A stretch of 64,000 bases of DNA from the IMG/VR virus record IMGVR_UViG_3300028048_000040, positions 64,001-128,000 of that record, one strand, 5' to 3'. Below, in pieces: positions 51,977-61,252 of this stretch. The notes below the pieces were generated by a model. It saw only the letters and a list, made by a program, of their open reading frames with translations. It made no database searches and was not told the DNA's origin. How positions within the stretch are numbered: the first letter of the stretch is position 1; the number at the start of each line of letters is the position of its first letter. The translations under genes and the position numbers were made by a program. This stretch comes from a virus (taxonomy: Duplodnaviria > Caudoviricetes).

Positions 51977-52852
51977 ATGTTTGAGAGAGAAGATAAAATA
52001 ACATGGTATGAGCTAGATCCTAATGTGCAAAGCTTATTCTTAGGATTAGAAACTCAAAGAGATAATGCTAGACAAGCTCTTAATGATGAAATTGCCAGAG
52101 AAACTAAAGCAACAGATGATATTATAGCATCTATAGATACTATGAAATCTGATCAATTTGGTTTGGCTGGTATAAGAGGTCAAGTTGTAAAGTATGGTGG
52201 TAGTGGTCAACCATTATATGCAGATGATCATTTCTTTAAAATAGAAAAAGACATGGGAGTAGATCCTGCTATATTTTATGAATATGATATGGATACTGGT
52301 TTTTATACTACTATAAATGGAGTACAAAAAGAATTACCTCCTAGATCTTTCTTATATGAAGATTCTAGTGAAAGATTATGGTATTATGTAAAACCAGGTA
52401 AGTATTTTAAAATAAAAGAAAGATATAGTAAAGTTACAGATTCATCTACTGTATTCACTAATGCTAATCTTTATGATAGCGGTTTTGATACTTATGATCA
52501 ACACGTAAGATATTTTAAAATATATGATAATGGTTGGTGTGAACAGGTTGGTGGTTATTCTCATTATCAACATGATCTTAGTAAACCAGATGATTGGATA
52601 TATTACTACAGCAGATATGTAACTTTTGCTGTTCCATATAAAGATACAAATTATGTAGTCACTCTTGGCGGTGAAATATGGCCAAAAACTCCAGATCTAT
52701 GTTCTCATGGTTATGGTACATTTAAAAAATTCCCAGAAAAAATGCAAGTATCAATTTGTGGAAATAAGGTAAATACACACTGGAGATTTTCCACATATCA
52801 TGTTGCTGGATTTATTGACTTAGATGCTTATAAGCAAAGTAAAAAACCATAA
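51977..52852 (+). CDS. Short tail-fibre family paralogue
   Basis: KITWYELDPNVQ; YDNGWCEQVG. Confidence 0.65.
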   Translation: MFEREDKITWYELDPNVQSLFLGLETQRDNARQALNDEIARETKATDDIIASIDTMKSDQFGLAGIRGQVVKYGGSGQPLYADDHFFKIEKDMGVDPAIFYEYDMDTGFYTTINGVQKELPPRSFLYEDSSERLWYYVKPGKYFKIKERYSKVTDSSTVFTNANLYDSGFDTYDQHVRYFKIYDNGWCEQVGGYSHYQHDLSKPDDWIYYYSRYVTFAVPYKDTNYVVTLGGEIWPKTPDLCSHGYGTFKKFPEKMQVSICGNKVNTHWRFSTYHVAGFIDLDAYKQSKKP

Positions 52853-52858
52853 GGTGGG

Positions 52859-54898
52859 GTGAATAATAATATGAATTTTGAAGATAACGTATCTTGGGAA
52901 GAATTTTCCCCATCTTTAAAAGAAAAATTTCAAGGATTGCAATCTGATATTACTACACTAGAAGAAGATTTAGAACAGCACATAAAAGACGCTAAAGCTA
53001 AAGAAGCTTTAGTTCAACAAGAAATAGATGATTTTAATCTAGATGATTGGAATTTAGCCGGTGCTAAAGGACAAGTAGTAAGGACAGATATAGTTGGTGG
53101 AGAACTATATTCAGATGATTATTTCTTTAACTTAAGAGCTATTACTAGTCCTACTACAAAAGAAGATATACAGGATCAAGATCTTATTACTCTTAAAGAA
53201 GTATGTGCTACTTGGGATAGAAGATCTTGGGGATCTGCTTTTGGTGCTAATGACTTAGATAGTGCTAAAAATAGTTGGCTTTATAGAGATGATATTAAAG
53301 CTATTGCTAATCGTGGTAATTGGAATTCAGTTGGTTCTTTTGGTTCTACAAAAAAATATGACTTTTTCTGGATAAAAATGTCTATGAATTCAGTAGAACC
53401 AAATTTTGTTGATGATGACTGGATTGGATTTATTCCTATATATTTAGATGAGAATGAGTCTCCTGATGGTCAAATTCATACTATTATGGTTGGTAGAGTT
53501 GGAAATTCAGCTCAGCAATGGAATCAATATCCTGGCAATTTCTGTTTAATATATGATTTTGGAAAACCTACTCAAATTATATTAGATTATATACCTAGAT
53601 CTGTATTTGGCAATACTTTATGGAAAAAAGGATGGTATACATCTTTATATGTATATCGTAAAGGTGGTAATATTCAAGCAGCTTCTAGCAATCCACAACA
53701 AACTAGACAACAAGATTATCTTATGGATGACGGTCAATATATTAACTGGAATTTGCCAAAGAACAATCCTGGTTGGCCATCTGCTTCTTGGGATATTATA
53801 TGTCAAATGATGGATGGCCCTGCTAAGATTGGTTTCTGGACTTGCTCTAATGACTGCTTATTCTATCTAGATGATCAGAAACATCTTTGGAGACCAAATG
53901 ATATCATAGTAGACTTTAATACTATTTATGAATATGACTTTAAGACTGGTAAATATTTAGATGGTAGATCTCTCACAGTAGAAGATATACCTCTAAGATC
54001 TTTTGTCTATAACAATCTAACGGAACAACTATTCTGGTATAAACAACCAGGTCAATTTGTTGATATAAAGAAATCATTCGTTGTAGATCCTACTACAGAT
54101 AAAACTAATAGTAGTGGTCCTTTTGGTTTAATAGATTCTGGTTATGATGAATATGATGGTCATTTAAGATACTTCCGTGTGTATACTAATGGATGGTGTG
54201 AACAAGGAGGTTATTTCTCCCATGTTAAAAGTGAAATGACCGATCCTTCTCTATGGGTTAGTACGTCAAGAATATATGTAAAATTTAAGATTCCATTCAA
54301 ATCAGCAGATTATTTAGTCACATATGCTAATCATGCAGCGTCTGTTAGTACTGGTCCAAACTGGTCTATAGCATTAGTAGAAAAGAAATTAGATAGAATG
54401 TTATGTGGTAATAGTACGGCATCTAAAGGTTCATTCTATCATGCTGAAGGATATGTAGATTTGAATACATATAAAGATCAACCTCAACAACCAGTACAAC
54501 CACAGCCACAACCTGTAAATACTGTTAAAACTTGCTATAATATGGGAGAAAATAATTTAGACTATGCTTATCCTTATCCAGGTCTTGTTCTTGGATATAT
54601 TATAACTGTTCCAAATAACGTATCGAAAATATTAGGTTATTATAATATTCCAAATTCTAGTAGTGCAAAATGGGTAGATAAGCCATCTTCTGGTACAATG
54701 TATACATTTTCTAATCAACCAACTGTTACTCCAGGTCAAACAATCTATGTTATAGGTCCATTCCATAATTCTAAACATGCAGATGGTTATGTAGGATCTA
54801 CAAACTATTATTTTGATAATTCTTTTTATAGTGGAGAAATATTCTTTATACCAGTTTCTCAAATGAGTAATGTATTTGGTCTTTTAGCTTTTGGTTAA
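52859..54898 (+). CDS. Long tail-fibre family paralogue
   Basis: VSWEEFSPSLKE; central domain as in 38471; YTNGWCEQGG; QP linker and an extra C-terminal domain. Confidence 0.65.
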   Translation: MNNNMNFEDNVSWEEFSPSLKEKFQGLQSDITTLEEDLEQHIKDAKAKEALVQQEIDDFNLDDWNLAGAKGQVVRTDIVGGELYSDDYFFNLRAITSPTTKEDIQDQDLITLKEVCATWDRRSWGSAFGANDLDSAKNSWLYRDDIKAIANRGNWNSVGSFGSTKKYDFFWIKMSMNSVEPNFVDDDWIGFIPIYLDENESPDGQIHTIMVGRVGNSAQQWNQYPGNFCLIYDFGKPTQIILDYIPRSVFGNTLWKKGWYTSLYVYRKGGNIQAASSNPQQTRQQDYLMDDGQYINWNLPKNNPGWPSASWDIICQMMDGPAKIGFWTCSNDCLFYLDDQKHLWRPNDIIVDFNTIYEYDFKTGKYLDGRSLTVEDIPLRSFVYNNLTEQLFWYKQPGQFVDIKKSFVVDPTTDKTNSSGPFGLIDSGYDEYDGHLRYFRVYTNGWCEQGGYFSHVKSEMTDPSLWVSTSRIYVKFKIPFKSADYLVTYANHAASVSTGPNWSIALVEKKLDRMLCGNSTASKGSFYHAEGYVDLNTYKDQPQQPVQPQPQPVNTVKTCYNMGENNLDYAYPYPGLVLGYIITVPNNVSKILGYYNIPNSSSAKWVDKPSSGTMYTFSNQPTVTPGQTIYVIGPFHNSKHADGYVGSTNYYFDNSFYSGEIFFIPVSQMSNVFGLLAFG

Positions 54899-54922
54899 TA
54901 TAAATTAAAGGAGGTTATAAAG

Positions 54923-55522
54923 ATGAGAGAAGTAGACTTAACAGAACTGATGGATAATGCATATGCTTCTAAGTGGAACTTAGAACGAAAAGCAGCAGCT
55001 AATGGAAGAGATGTACAAATCTTCTTACATTGGACTGCTTGTCCTTATGGTAGATATTATCCTGGTTATCATGTTAATATTGATGATGATGGTACTATAA
55101 TTTTAACTGCTGATTTAGATGAGACTCTATCTCATACATATATGAGAAACTCTGGTTCTATTGGATTGACTCTATGTTGTTGCTATAATGCTACTACTGA
55201 CGATCCTGGTCCTCAACCACCTACACAAATACAGATTGAAACTATGGCTAAATGTATTGCAGTATTATCGGAAGCATTAGATATTCCTATAGATAAACAA
55301 CATGTACTTACTCATGGTGAAATTGCTGATTGTGAAGATGGATCACCAATCTATTTTGATGGTAAATACGGCCCAAAAACAGATTGCCAACGCTGGGATT
55401 TGGAGGTCTTATGGACAGATGAATCCCCTGTATTTAATCCTTATGATGAAGAACATAGGGGTGGAACTATATTACGTGGAAAAGGCAATTTCTATAAATA
55501 TAAATTCTATGGTCATTACTAA
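54923..55522 (+). CDS. N-acetylmuramoyl-L-alanine amidase (Amidase_2-like), candidate endolysin
   Basis: FLHWTA, YHVNIDDDG, SHTYMRNSGSIG, VLTHGE. Confidence 0.8.
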   Translation: MREVDLTELMDNAYASKWNLERKAAANGRDVQIFLHWTACPYGRYYPGYHVNIDDDGTIILTADLDETLSHTYMRNSGSIGLTLCCCYNATTDDPGPQPPTQIQIETMAKCIAVLSEALDIPIDKQHVLTHGEIADCEDGSPIYFDGKYGPKTDCQRWDLEVLWTDESPVFNPYDEEHRGGTILRGKGNFYKYKFYGHY

Positions 55523-55557
55523 AATTACCAGGATAGCTCATATGAGCTATCCTATTG

Positions 55558-56172
55558 TTATAAAGAATATGAAATAACTGGAAAAAATCCCTGATATGCT
55601 GAACCATAATTTTTAACAGCACCATTTTTATCTAGACATATACCATTTTTTTTAGGATAATATATATAACTATTGCTATCATTTCCATTATAATTATAAG
55701 ATCTGCCAATTTCAGTATATATTCTAATCTCTGTTTCATTAGTATGATTATCTTGATATGATACTGAATATGCCATGCTATTACTATATCTATAAGAATA
55801 TTCTGAAATGAATCCATTTATTGTTGAGCCACGATTTGACAGATATCGCATCGTTGCTAATCTATTAATTTTAGTCTTAGTCCCATGAAGCCTTATATAT
55901 TCTGAGCGTAATATAAACCATTTATTATTATGGAATGCATTTGAGGGATAATTTTCCTTTTTATTATCCCATAATTTATCAGCGTTCCAAGGAATAATTA
56001 CTTTAAATATAGCTTCATCTACACTAATTAGTCTTATTTTAGTATTGGGAGTTCTATTATTTTCAATTCTTTTATTAAAGCTTTCATTTATATCTCTTTT
56101 AGTTATATTAAACTTAGACTGCAATTGGTCTAGCAGCCTAAGTGCCTCTTCCTTAGTAGTAGGTTCATTCAT
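55558..56172 (-). CDS. Palindrome-associated paralogue 1, putative C-type-lectin-fold (DUF6273-like) protein
   Basis: RLISVDEA...WFILRS...GFFPVI; GGAGG RBS. Confidence 0.65.
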   Translation of the reverse strand: MNEPTTKEEALRLLDQLQSKFNITKRDINESFNKRIENNRTPNTKIRLISVDEAIFKVIIPWNADKLWDNKKENYPSNAFHNNKWFILRSEYIRLHGTKTKINRLATMRYLSNRGSTINGFISEYSYRYSNSMAYSVSYQDNHTNETEIRIYTEIGRSYNYNGNDSNSYIYYPKKNGICLDKNGAVKNYGSAYQGFFPVISYSL

Positions 56173-56198
56173 TTATATCTCCTCCAATAAATTGTTTC

Positions 56199-56232
56199 TA
56201 CTTAGTTAAGTGGACATCCACTTAACTAAGTA
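56199..56232. repeat. Palindrome copy 1: 16-bp arms, core CA on plus strand
   Basis: TACTTAGTTAAGTGGA-CA-TCCACTTAACTAAGTA. Confidence 0.97.
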
Positions 56233-56299
56233 AATAGATTGTTTTGATTAAAGATAGATATTAATAATAAATCTTCCTAGGGGATTATTCCCCTAGGAA

Positions 56300-56947
56300 T
56301 TATACTTTAAAACATGGTACAAATGTAAGAATTTGTTGAAAATGTAGTGTGTGAGATTTATAGTTATATGATATTACATTTGTTATCTCATTTAAATAAG
56401 ATGATTTATTTGAAGATGATGGTTCTATCATAGTACCTTCCCTACCTCCAACCCATGTTATATAATAAGTAAAAATTAGTGTTCCATTTATAATATTATT
56501 ATTATTAGATGAATTTTGCACAAGCAATCTACTAAATTTCCAATAAGTATTACCGCTAGCATTTGGTTCTGGTTTCTTTAAATTTTGAGAAATATCATTA
56601 TAATAATTTGTCTGGTATCCTGGTTTATTATAATTTGTTGTATTAATATCACCACAAGTTGGTATTATTGTATTATCAATGTTGTTACCATTTTTTTTAA
56701 TTGATAATTGTCCACCATAATAATATCTAGTACCTATTATATTATTTAACGTATCGTTTAACATATATTTTTTATATTTATTATTAGCTTCATTCCACAC
56801 TAGACAACATATAGTCTGTTTGTCTGATTTGTCAGTCAAATTAAAATCAGATCCAGCTTGTAAGTAATCCCCATTTTTTATTCCAAAAGATTTAGCTAAT
56901 GAAGTCATTAATTGTAAAGCTTCATCTTTATTTTTAGGATCATTCAT
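56300..56947 (-). CDS. Palindrome-associated paralogue 2
   Basis: N-terminus resembles paralogue 1 (MN.P..K.EAL.L); TICCLV..EA and TLHFQQ..TFVPCFK shared with paralogue 3. Confidence 0.75.
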   Translation of the reverse strand: MNDPKNKDEALQLMTSLAKSFGIKNGDYLQAGSDFNLTDKSDKQTICCLVWNEANNKYKKYMLNDTLNNIIGTRYYYGGQLSIKKNGNNIDNTIIPTCGDINTTNYNKPGYQTNYYNDISQNLKKPEPNASGNTYWKFSRLLVQNSSNNNNIINGTLIFTYYITWVGGREGTMIEPSSSNKSSYLNEITNVISYNYKSHTLHFQQILTFVPCFKV

Positions 56948-56972
56948 TTACAGTTCCTCCAATCAATAGATC

Positions 56973-57014
56973 TATCTACTTAGTTAAGTGGACATCCACT
57001 TAACTAAGTAGATA
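56973..57014. repeat. Palindrome copy 2: 20-bp arms, core CA on plus strand
   Basis: TATCTACTTAGTTAAGTGGA-CA-TCCACTTAACTAAGTAGATA. Confidence 0.97.
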
Positions 57015-57063
57015 ATTCAATCGAAAGAATATAGGATAGCTCATATGAGCTATCATCCTATAT

Positions 57064-57726
57064 TTAAAATTTAAAACAAGGAACAAATGTAGCTAATTGT
57101 TGAAAATGTAATGTGTAATTAATAGAAGATGAACCCCACTTTTGTGATATATCTAAAATAAATGACTGCTTATCAAATTCGCATATTTTATTTTGATTAT
57201 TAATCAAAAAAGATGCTATATCACTACCACCAGCTCTATTAAAAACAGCTTTTATAGATGATAATTGGTTGTTTACATTAAAAGAACTATTTTTAGAATC
57301 TTGGTTTATAATTCTGGTAAATTTTAGGTATGAATCACTACCAGAAATATAATTTTCACCAATACCACCATTACTATTATATACATTGTATTCTTGTGTA
57401 AATCCTGGTTTGTTTATATTATCATCTTGAACATGACCACAATTATCAATAATAGTGCCTTGAGATAAAACCTTACCATTTTGTGCATTTCTGATATAAT
57501 TGCAATTATAATAATACCACCTATTACCAGTTATAGTATTTACAGTATCATTTTTCATATATTGTTTATATTTATTATGGGCTTCATCTGATACTAGACA
57601 GCATATGGTTACTTTACTTGCATTTTCATTATTTACATTTATATTATTTTGTAATATTTCTCTATTTGTTATTCCATTTTCTTTCATCAATGATAGTATC
57701 TGATCAATGATATTTGATTTGCTCAC
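57064..57726 (-). CDS. Palindrome-associated paralogue 3
   Basis: GTG start with GGAGG RBS; clear similarity to paralogue 2. Confidence 0.75.
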   Translation of the reverse strand: MSKSNIIDQILSLMKENGITNREILQNNINVNNENASKVTICCLVSDEAHNKYKQYMKNDTVNTITGNRWYYYNCNYIRNAQNGKVLSQGTIIDNCGHVQDDNINKPGFTQEYNVYNSNGGIGENYISGSDSYLKFTRIINQDSKNSSFNVNNQLSSIKAVFNRAGGSDIASFLINNQNKICEFDKQSFILDISQKWGSSSINYTLHFQQLATFVPCFKF

Positions 57727-57754
57727 TTATACTTCCTCCAATCAAACGTAATTC

Positions 57755-57790
57755 CTACTTAGTTAAGTGGATGTCCACTTAACTAAGTAG
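57755..57790. repeat. Palindrome copy 3: 17-bp arms, core inverted (TG on plus strand)
   Basis: CTACTTAGTTAAGTGGA-TG-TCCACTTAACTAAGTAG. Confidence 0.97.
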
Positions 57791-57821
57791 ATAACTCATC
57801 GAGATATATAAAAAATAATAG

Positions 57822-57843
57822 GGGAAGCTCATATGAGCTTCCC
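57822..57843. terminator. Terminator-like hairpin insulating the palindrome cassettes
   Basis: GGGAAGCTCATATGAGCTTCCC; related AGCTCATATGAGCT hairpins at 55530-55553 and 57031-57061. Confidence 0.7.
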
Positions 57844-57870
57844 TATGTATTTATTCTTTTAGTTTATATT

Positions 57871-58236
57871 TCATTTATCCTTATCATACATTCTTACTAC
57901 TCCTTCATATACGTTCTTTACTAACTCTTCTAAATCACTTTGAGTGATATCATACATTTTAAATATTCCTGCATGTAATTTTCTAAGCAAACTTTCTGTT
58001 TGTTTTTGATCAAGCTCTTCATTAACAATATTATCTATATAGATACTATGAGCTTTTTCTTGCTCATTGACAACAGAAACAAATCTAAATACAACCTTTT
58101 TCTTTGGTGGAGTATTATTTATTGGAATCAATCCTATCTCTTCAAGATCAACTCTAGATACATAAATATTATCACTTGCCAAGAAACCACCATTATAAAT
58201 TAATCTAAATTCTTCATTGTACTTATCTTTTGACAT
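57871..58236 (-). CDS. Hypothetical protein
   Basis: ORF with RBS. Confidence 0.7.
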   Translation of the reverse strand: MSKDKYNEEFRLIYNGGFLASDNIYVSRVDLEEIGLIPINNTPPKKKVVFRFVSVVNEQEKAHSIYIDNIVNEELDQKQTESLLRKLHAGIFKMYDITQSDLEELVKNVYEGVVRMYDKDK

Positions 58237-58237
58237 T

Positions 58238-58771
58238 TTACTTCTCCTCCATATTTATATAATTATTCAAATTGAAACCAAGAGCATGAACTACATTTCT
58301 TATACTAGTTTTAAACTCATCCATCCATTCATCAGCAGTTTTTACATACTTATCATCCACCATATCATTAAATTCAAAGCAGAACAAGTCTATTATGAAT
58401 CCAGAAGTGCGTTTGATATGACCATCGCTGTAGTTTAGTTCTAAACATATATTACCATCTCCAACATATGTCAATCTAAACTCCAAACAGTCTTCATTGT
58501 ACATTTTTCTAAAAACATAACCAATCTTTTTTACATAGCCATATCCAAACTCATCTACACAAGCACTAATAGTTTCATATGTTTGACTATTGATCATATC
58601 ATGAAGAACTTCTTTAGCATCATATATATCAAATGTTTTAGTAAGTCTCATGTAAAGCTCATCTACTGCTTGCTCATCTACACCTTTAGCATAGTTGAAT
58701 AACACATCAATTTTTTGTATTTTTAGTCCTTCCATTACAAATACCCCACTTTCTATTCCTAAAGTCCCCAT
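58238..58771 (-). CDS. Hypothetical protein
   Basis: ORF track; start uncertain. Confidence 0.68.
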   Translation of the reverse strand: MGTLGIESGVFVMEGLKIQKIDVLFNYAKGVDEQAVDELYMRLTKTFDIYDAKEVLHDMINSQTYETISACVDEFGYGYVKKIGYVFRKMYNEDCLEFRLTYVGDGNICLELNYSDGHIKRTSGFIIDLFCFEFNDMVDDKYVKTADEWMDEFKTSIRNVVHALGFNLNNYINMEEK

Positions 58772-58852
58772 TCTAGCCTGAATCTGACATTAGGATTTCT
58801 TAAAAAACTCCACAGGGCAGTTGCCCTGTGGGAGTATACACACCATATCGTT

Positions 58853-59218
58853 TTAACCCTCATAATCAACGTATCTTAAATATTTTATCAGAGTTCTACC
58901 ATAATTCTTCTTTTCTGATACATGGAATATCAAATCACCATTATCACAGAAAGATACTTGAATATAGTATTGTGGAAATACCATTCTCATTACACTAAAT
59001 GGATCATCTTCTTTTGCAACCAATTCCAGTATTGTTTTACAATCTTCTAATGTAAATCCTTCTGGATAATCAAATAAGTATTTAAAATTATTGCTAAGCA
59101 TTTTAAGCATTCTCCTATTTTTTATAGGTCCCTTTATGGGTCCGTCAAGATGAAACTCTTCTCCAGTAGTTTCATTAAATAAATGATAATCATATAAAGT
59201 ATATTTAATACGTTCCAT
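58853..59218 (-). CDS. Hypothetical protein
   Basis: ORF with RBS. Confidence 0.7.
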   Translation of the reverse strand: MERIKYTLYDYHLFNETTGEEFHLDGPIKGPIKNRRMLKMLSNNFKYLFDYPEGFTLEDCKTILELVAKEDDPFSVMRMVFPQYYIQVSFCDNGDLIFHVSEKKNYGRTLIKYLRYVDYEG

Positions 59219-59222
59219 TTAT

Positions 59223-59786
59223 TTACTCCTTCTTTAACCACTGAGGATATGGGCTAAATACCTTTATAGTTTCATATTCCTCTAACTTAGTCTCCTTAGT
59301 ATTGGAATAAATGGGATCTCCATTCTCATTTGTTCCAACTATTTCAGGAGATTTAATGGTTCCACCTGGTATTATTCTTTTGATAAAAGATACATCACTC
59401 TTTTCTCTTCCTCCTAGAGACATCTTTCTTCCAGTGTGCATATAAGAATTGATAAACTCTTTAGAGAATGATATCATTGCTTTAGCATCATTAGTACTAA
59501 ATTCATAATGATCCATTATTCTCTTAGATTCACTTGGTTGAACTCCGGTAGTATTAGTAATTATACCACCTATCATTTTTCTAATCTCTTTAGATGGATT
59601 ATATACCCCTATACACCCATTCTTATTATATACTGAAACTTCATATGAGGGATCATTTAATATTCCCTTCATTACAGCAATCTCATCTTTTTGAGATCTA
59701 GTTTCATATTTTTTCCCTGTAGTAGACTCTATACGTTTCTTCTCTATCTCTTTAATGATTTCTTTTACATCTTGCAACTTCTTCAC
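59223..59786 (-). CDS. Hypothetical protein
   Basis: ORF packed in operon. Confidence 0.7.
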   Translation of the reverse strand: MKKLQDVKEIIKEIEKKRIESTTGKKYETRSQKDEIAVMKGILNDPSYEVSVYNKNGCIGVYNPSKEIRKMIGGIITNTTGVQPSESKRIMDHYEFSTNDAKAMISFSKEFINSYMHTGRKMSLGGREKSDVSFIKRIIPGGTIKSPEIVGTNENGDPIYSNTKETKLEEYETIKVFSPYPQWLKKE

Positions 59787-59788
59787 CT

Positions 59789-60034
59789 CTAATCATCAAA
59801 GAAGTATCTATACACTAATACGAATGGTAATAAGATCAAACAGAATATGAGGAACATAGAACCAAATACAACACCTAATGCTGCTAAAATAGCTCCTACT
59901 AAAACCATTGCTAATAGCTCTAGGAATAGTTTAAGACCAAAATATAAAATAGGACAAATCACAAAGATTAATAAGAGAAAGCCAGAAATGATAAGTACAT
60001 CATCCATTCTTATCGCCTGTCTTTCTCTTGTCAT
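59789..60034 (-). CDS. Small membrane protein
   Basis: Almost entirely hydrophobic. Confidence 0.65.
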   Translation of the reverse strand: MTRERQAIRMDDVLIISGFLLLIFVICPILYFGLKLFLELLAMVLVGAILAALGVVFGSMFLIFCLILLPFVLVYRYFFDD

Positions 60035-60164
60035 CTTTTGGTAGTCTTATAAAATACACTGGTGAGATTGGTTTCTTTTTGGCATTTTTTGATTCCAATA
60101 TTTCTCTTATTTGATCTCGATCCATTCGACTTATTTCTTCTAAGAATTTTGATTTACTCATCAT
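60000..60164 (-). CDS. Small basic protein, 54 aa (MMSKSKFLEE...), not in the ORF track
   Basis: GAGGGG RBS; fills a gap in the operon. Confidence 0.55.
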   Translation of the reverse strand: MMSKSKFLEEISRMDRDQIREILESKNAKKKPISPVYFIRLPKDDKRKTGDKNG

Positions 60165-60222
60165 AATTCCCCCTCATAAGCCCGAATCTGGATTATAATG
60201 TTGTCCCTCCCCTCATTATAAA

Positions 60223-60747
60223 TTACATGCAGAGTTCTTGTTTGAATAATTTTTCTTTGATTTTATCCCATAACCCTTTCTTAGTTCCATAAAGTTCAAT
60301 TACTGTACTAGAATCATCATGCACCTTTACATATCCTTCAGATTCTTTATTTGCGCATTTTATTTCTGTAGAATCTTCATCAGTAACTTTGTCTGCATAA
60401 TAAGCACAATAGACTTCATATTCTTTGAAATCATTGTATTTACTCTTTAAAACTAATACTTGATCTTTCTCATTAAGAAGTTCATTATAATCGTGATATC
60501 TACTAAAAGAAGGATTATTAGGACAATAACTACATTTAGGAGTATTCTTATCAATAATTTCTGGATTATACCATCCATAAATTTTAAGAAAGAAAGTTTG
60601 CATACTAGCTATTTTAGGACTTTCTGATGCTGCATCTGAATCTTGTATTTTCATTAATTCTTTATACAACTGCCTCACTGTCCAATAACCAGTAAATTTA
60701 ATTTTTCCTAACGGTTCCTGACCAATTCTTACCTTTACATTATTCAT
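60223..60747 (-). CDS. Hypothetical protein
   Basis: ORF with AGGAG RBS. Confidence 0.72.
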   Translation of the reverse strand: MNNVKVRIGQEPLGKIKFTGYWTVRQLYKELMKIQDSDAASESPKIASMQTFFLKIYGWYNPEIIDKNTPKCSYCPNNPSFSRYHDYNELLNEKDQVLVLKSKYNDFKEYEVYCAYYADKVTDEDSTEIKCANKESEGYVKVHDDSSTVIELYGTKKGLWDKIKEKLFKQELCM

Positions 60748-60902
60748 TTTTTCTTCTCCTTTTCTCTTTTGACTTTCGTTCTCCTCATTTGACGAAGTCT
60801 TTTTAACTTAGCTTTATAAATACCACATGTTTTACAGCAATCTTTCATTACAGTATTGCTGCATTTGACAAGTGGATTATGAGGACATTGTTCTGTTGGC
60901 AC
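60744..60902 (-). CDS. 52-aa Cys-rich basic protein (MPTEQCPHNPLVKC...CCKTC...), not in the ORF track
   Basis: GTG start with AAGGTG RBS; ATGA overlap with the next gene. Confidence 0.6.
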   Translation of the reverse strand: MPTEQCPHNPLVKCSNTVMKDCCKTCGIYKAKLKRLRQMRRTKVKREKEKKK

Positions 60903-61063
60903 TATACATCACCTTTTCTGCGTATCTCCTCTAACTCACCCTCAATAGAATAGTATATATCTAAAAAAATTTTTACTAAAAAAGAATAGAACTAGTTAAG
61001 CCTCTAGTCTATTCTTTAAGAAATATAGAAGATACTTAGAAATAAAATACTTATGCAGCCCTA

Positions 61064-61252
61064 TTAGAGAGAATAAGGCTTATTATGTCTGGCTACTAAC
61101 ATAGCCTTCATATTTTGAAAGTGAAGTTGATGTGAGTCAATTGTTGGGTATTTAATTGGCTCATTATCTTCTTCATCTTCTATAGGTTTGAACCTATAAT
61201 TATTAAGTGGGTTTTTGATATTTGGGTTTAAAGTGAATCGACTCACTTTCAT
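61064..61252 (-). CDS. Small hypothetical early protein
   Basis: ORF with RBS and a promoter at about 61316. Confidence 0.6.
   Translation of the reverse strand: MKVSRFTLNPNIKNPLNNYRFKPIEDEEDNEPIKYPTIDSHQLHFQNMKAMLVARHNKPYSL

Noticed and set aside
55558-57726. Diversity-generating retroelement
   Set aside because: No reverse transcriptase, and no template/variable repeat pair differing only at adenines, was seen in the window.
56199-57790. CRISPR array interpretation of the 34-42 bp repeats
   Set aside because: Copies are about 780 bp apart, separated by whole genes, almost fully palindromic, and no cas operon is present.
58775-60190. AGCC(T/C)GAATCTG upstream of two genes (about 58775 and 60179)
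   Set aside because: Only two short copies, too weak to call a regulatory site.
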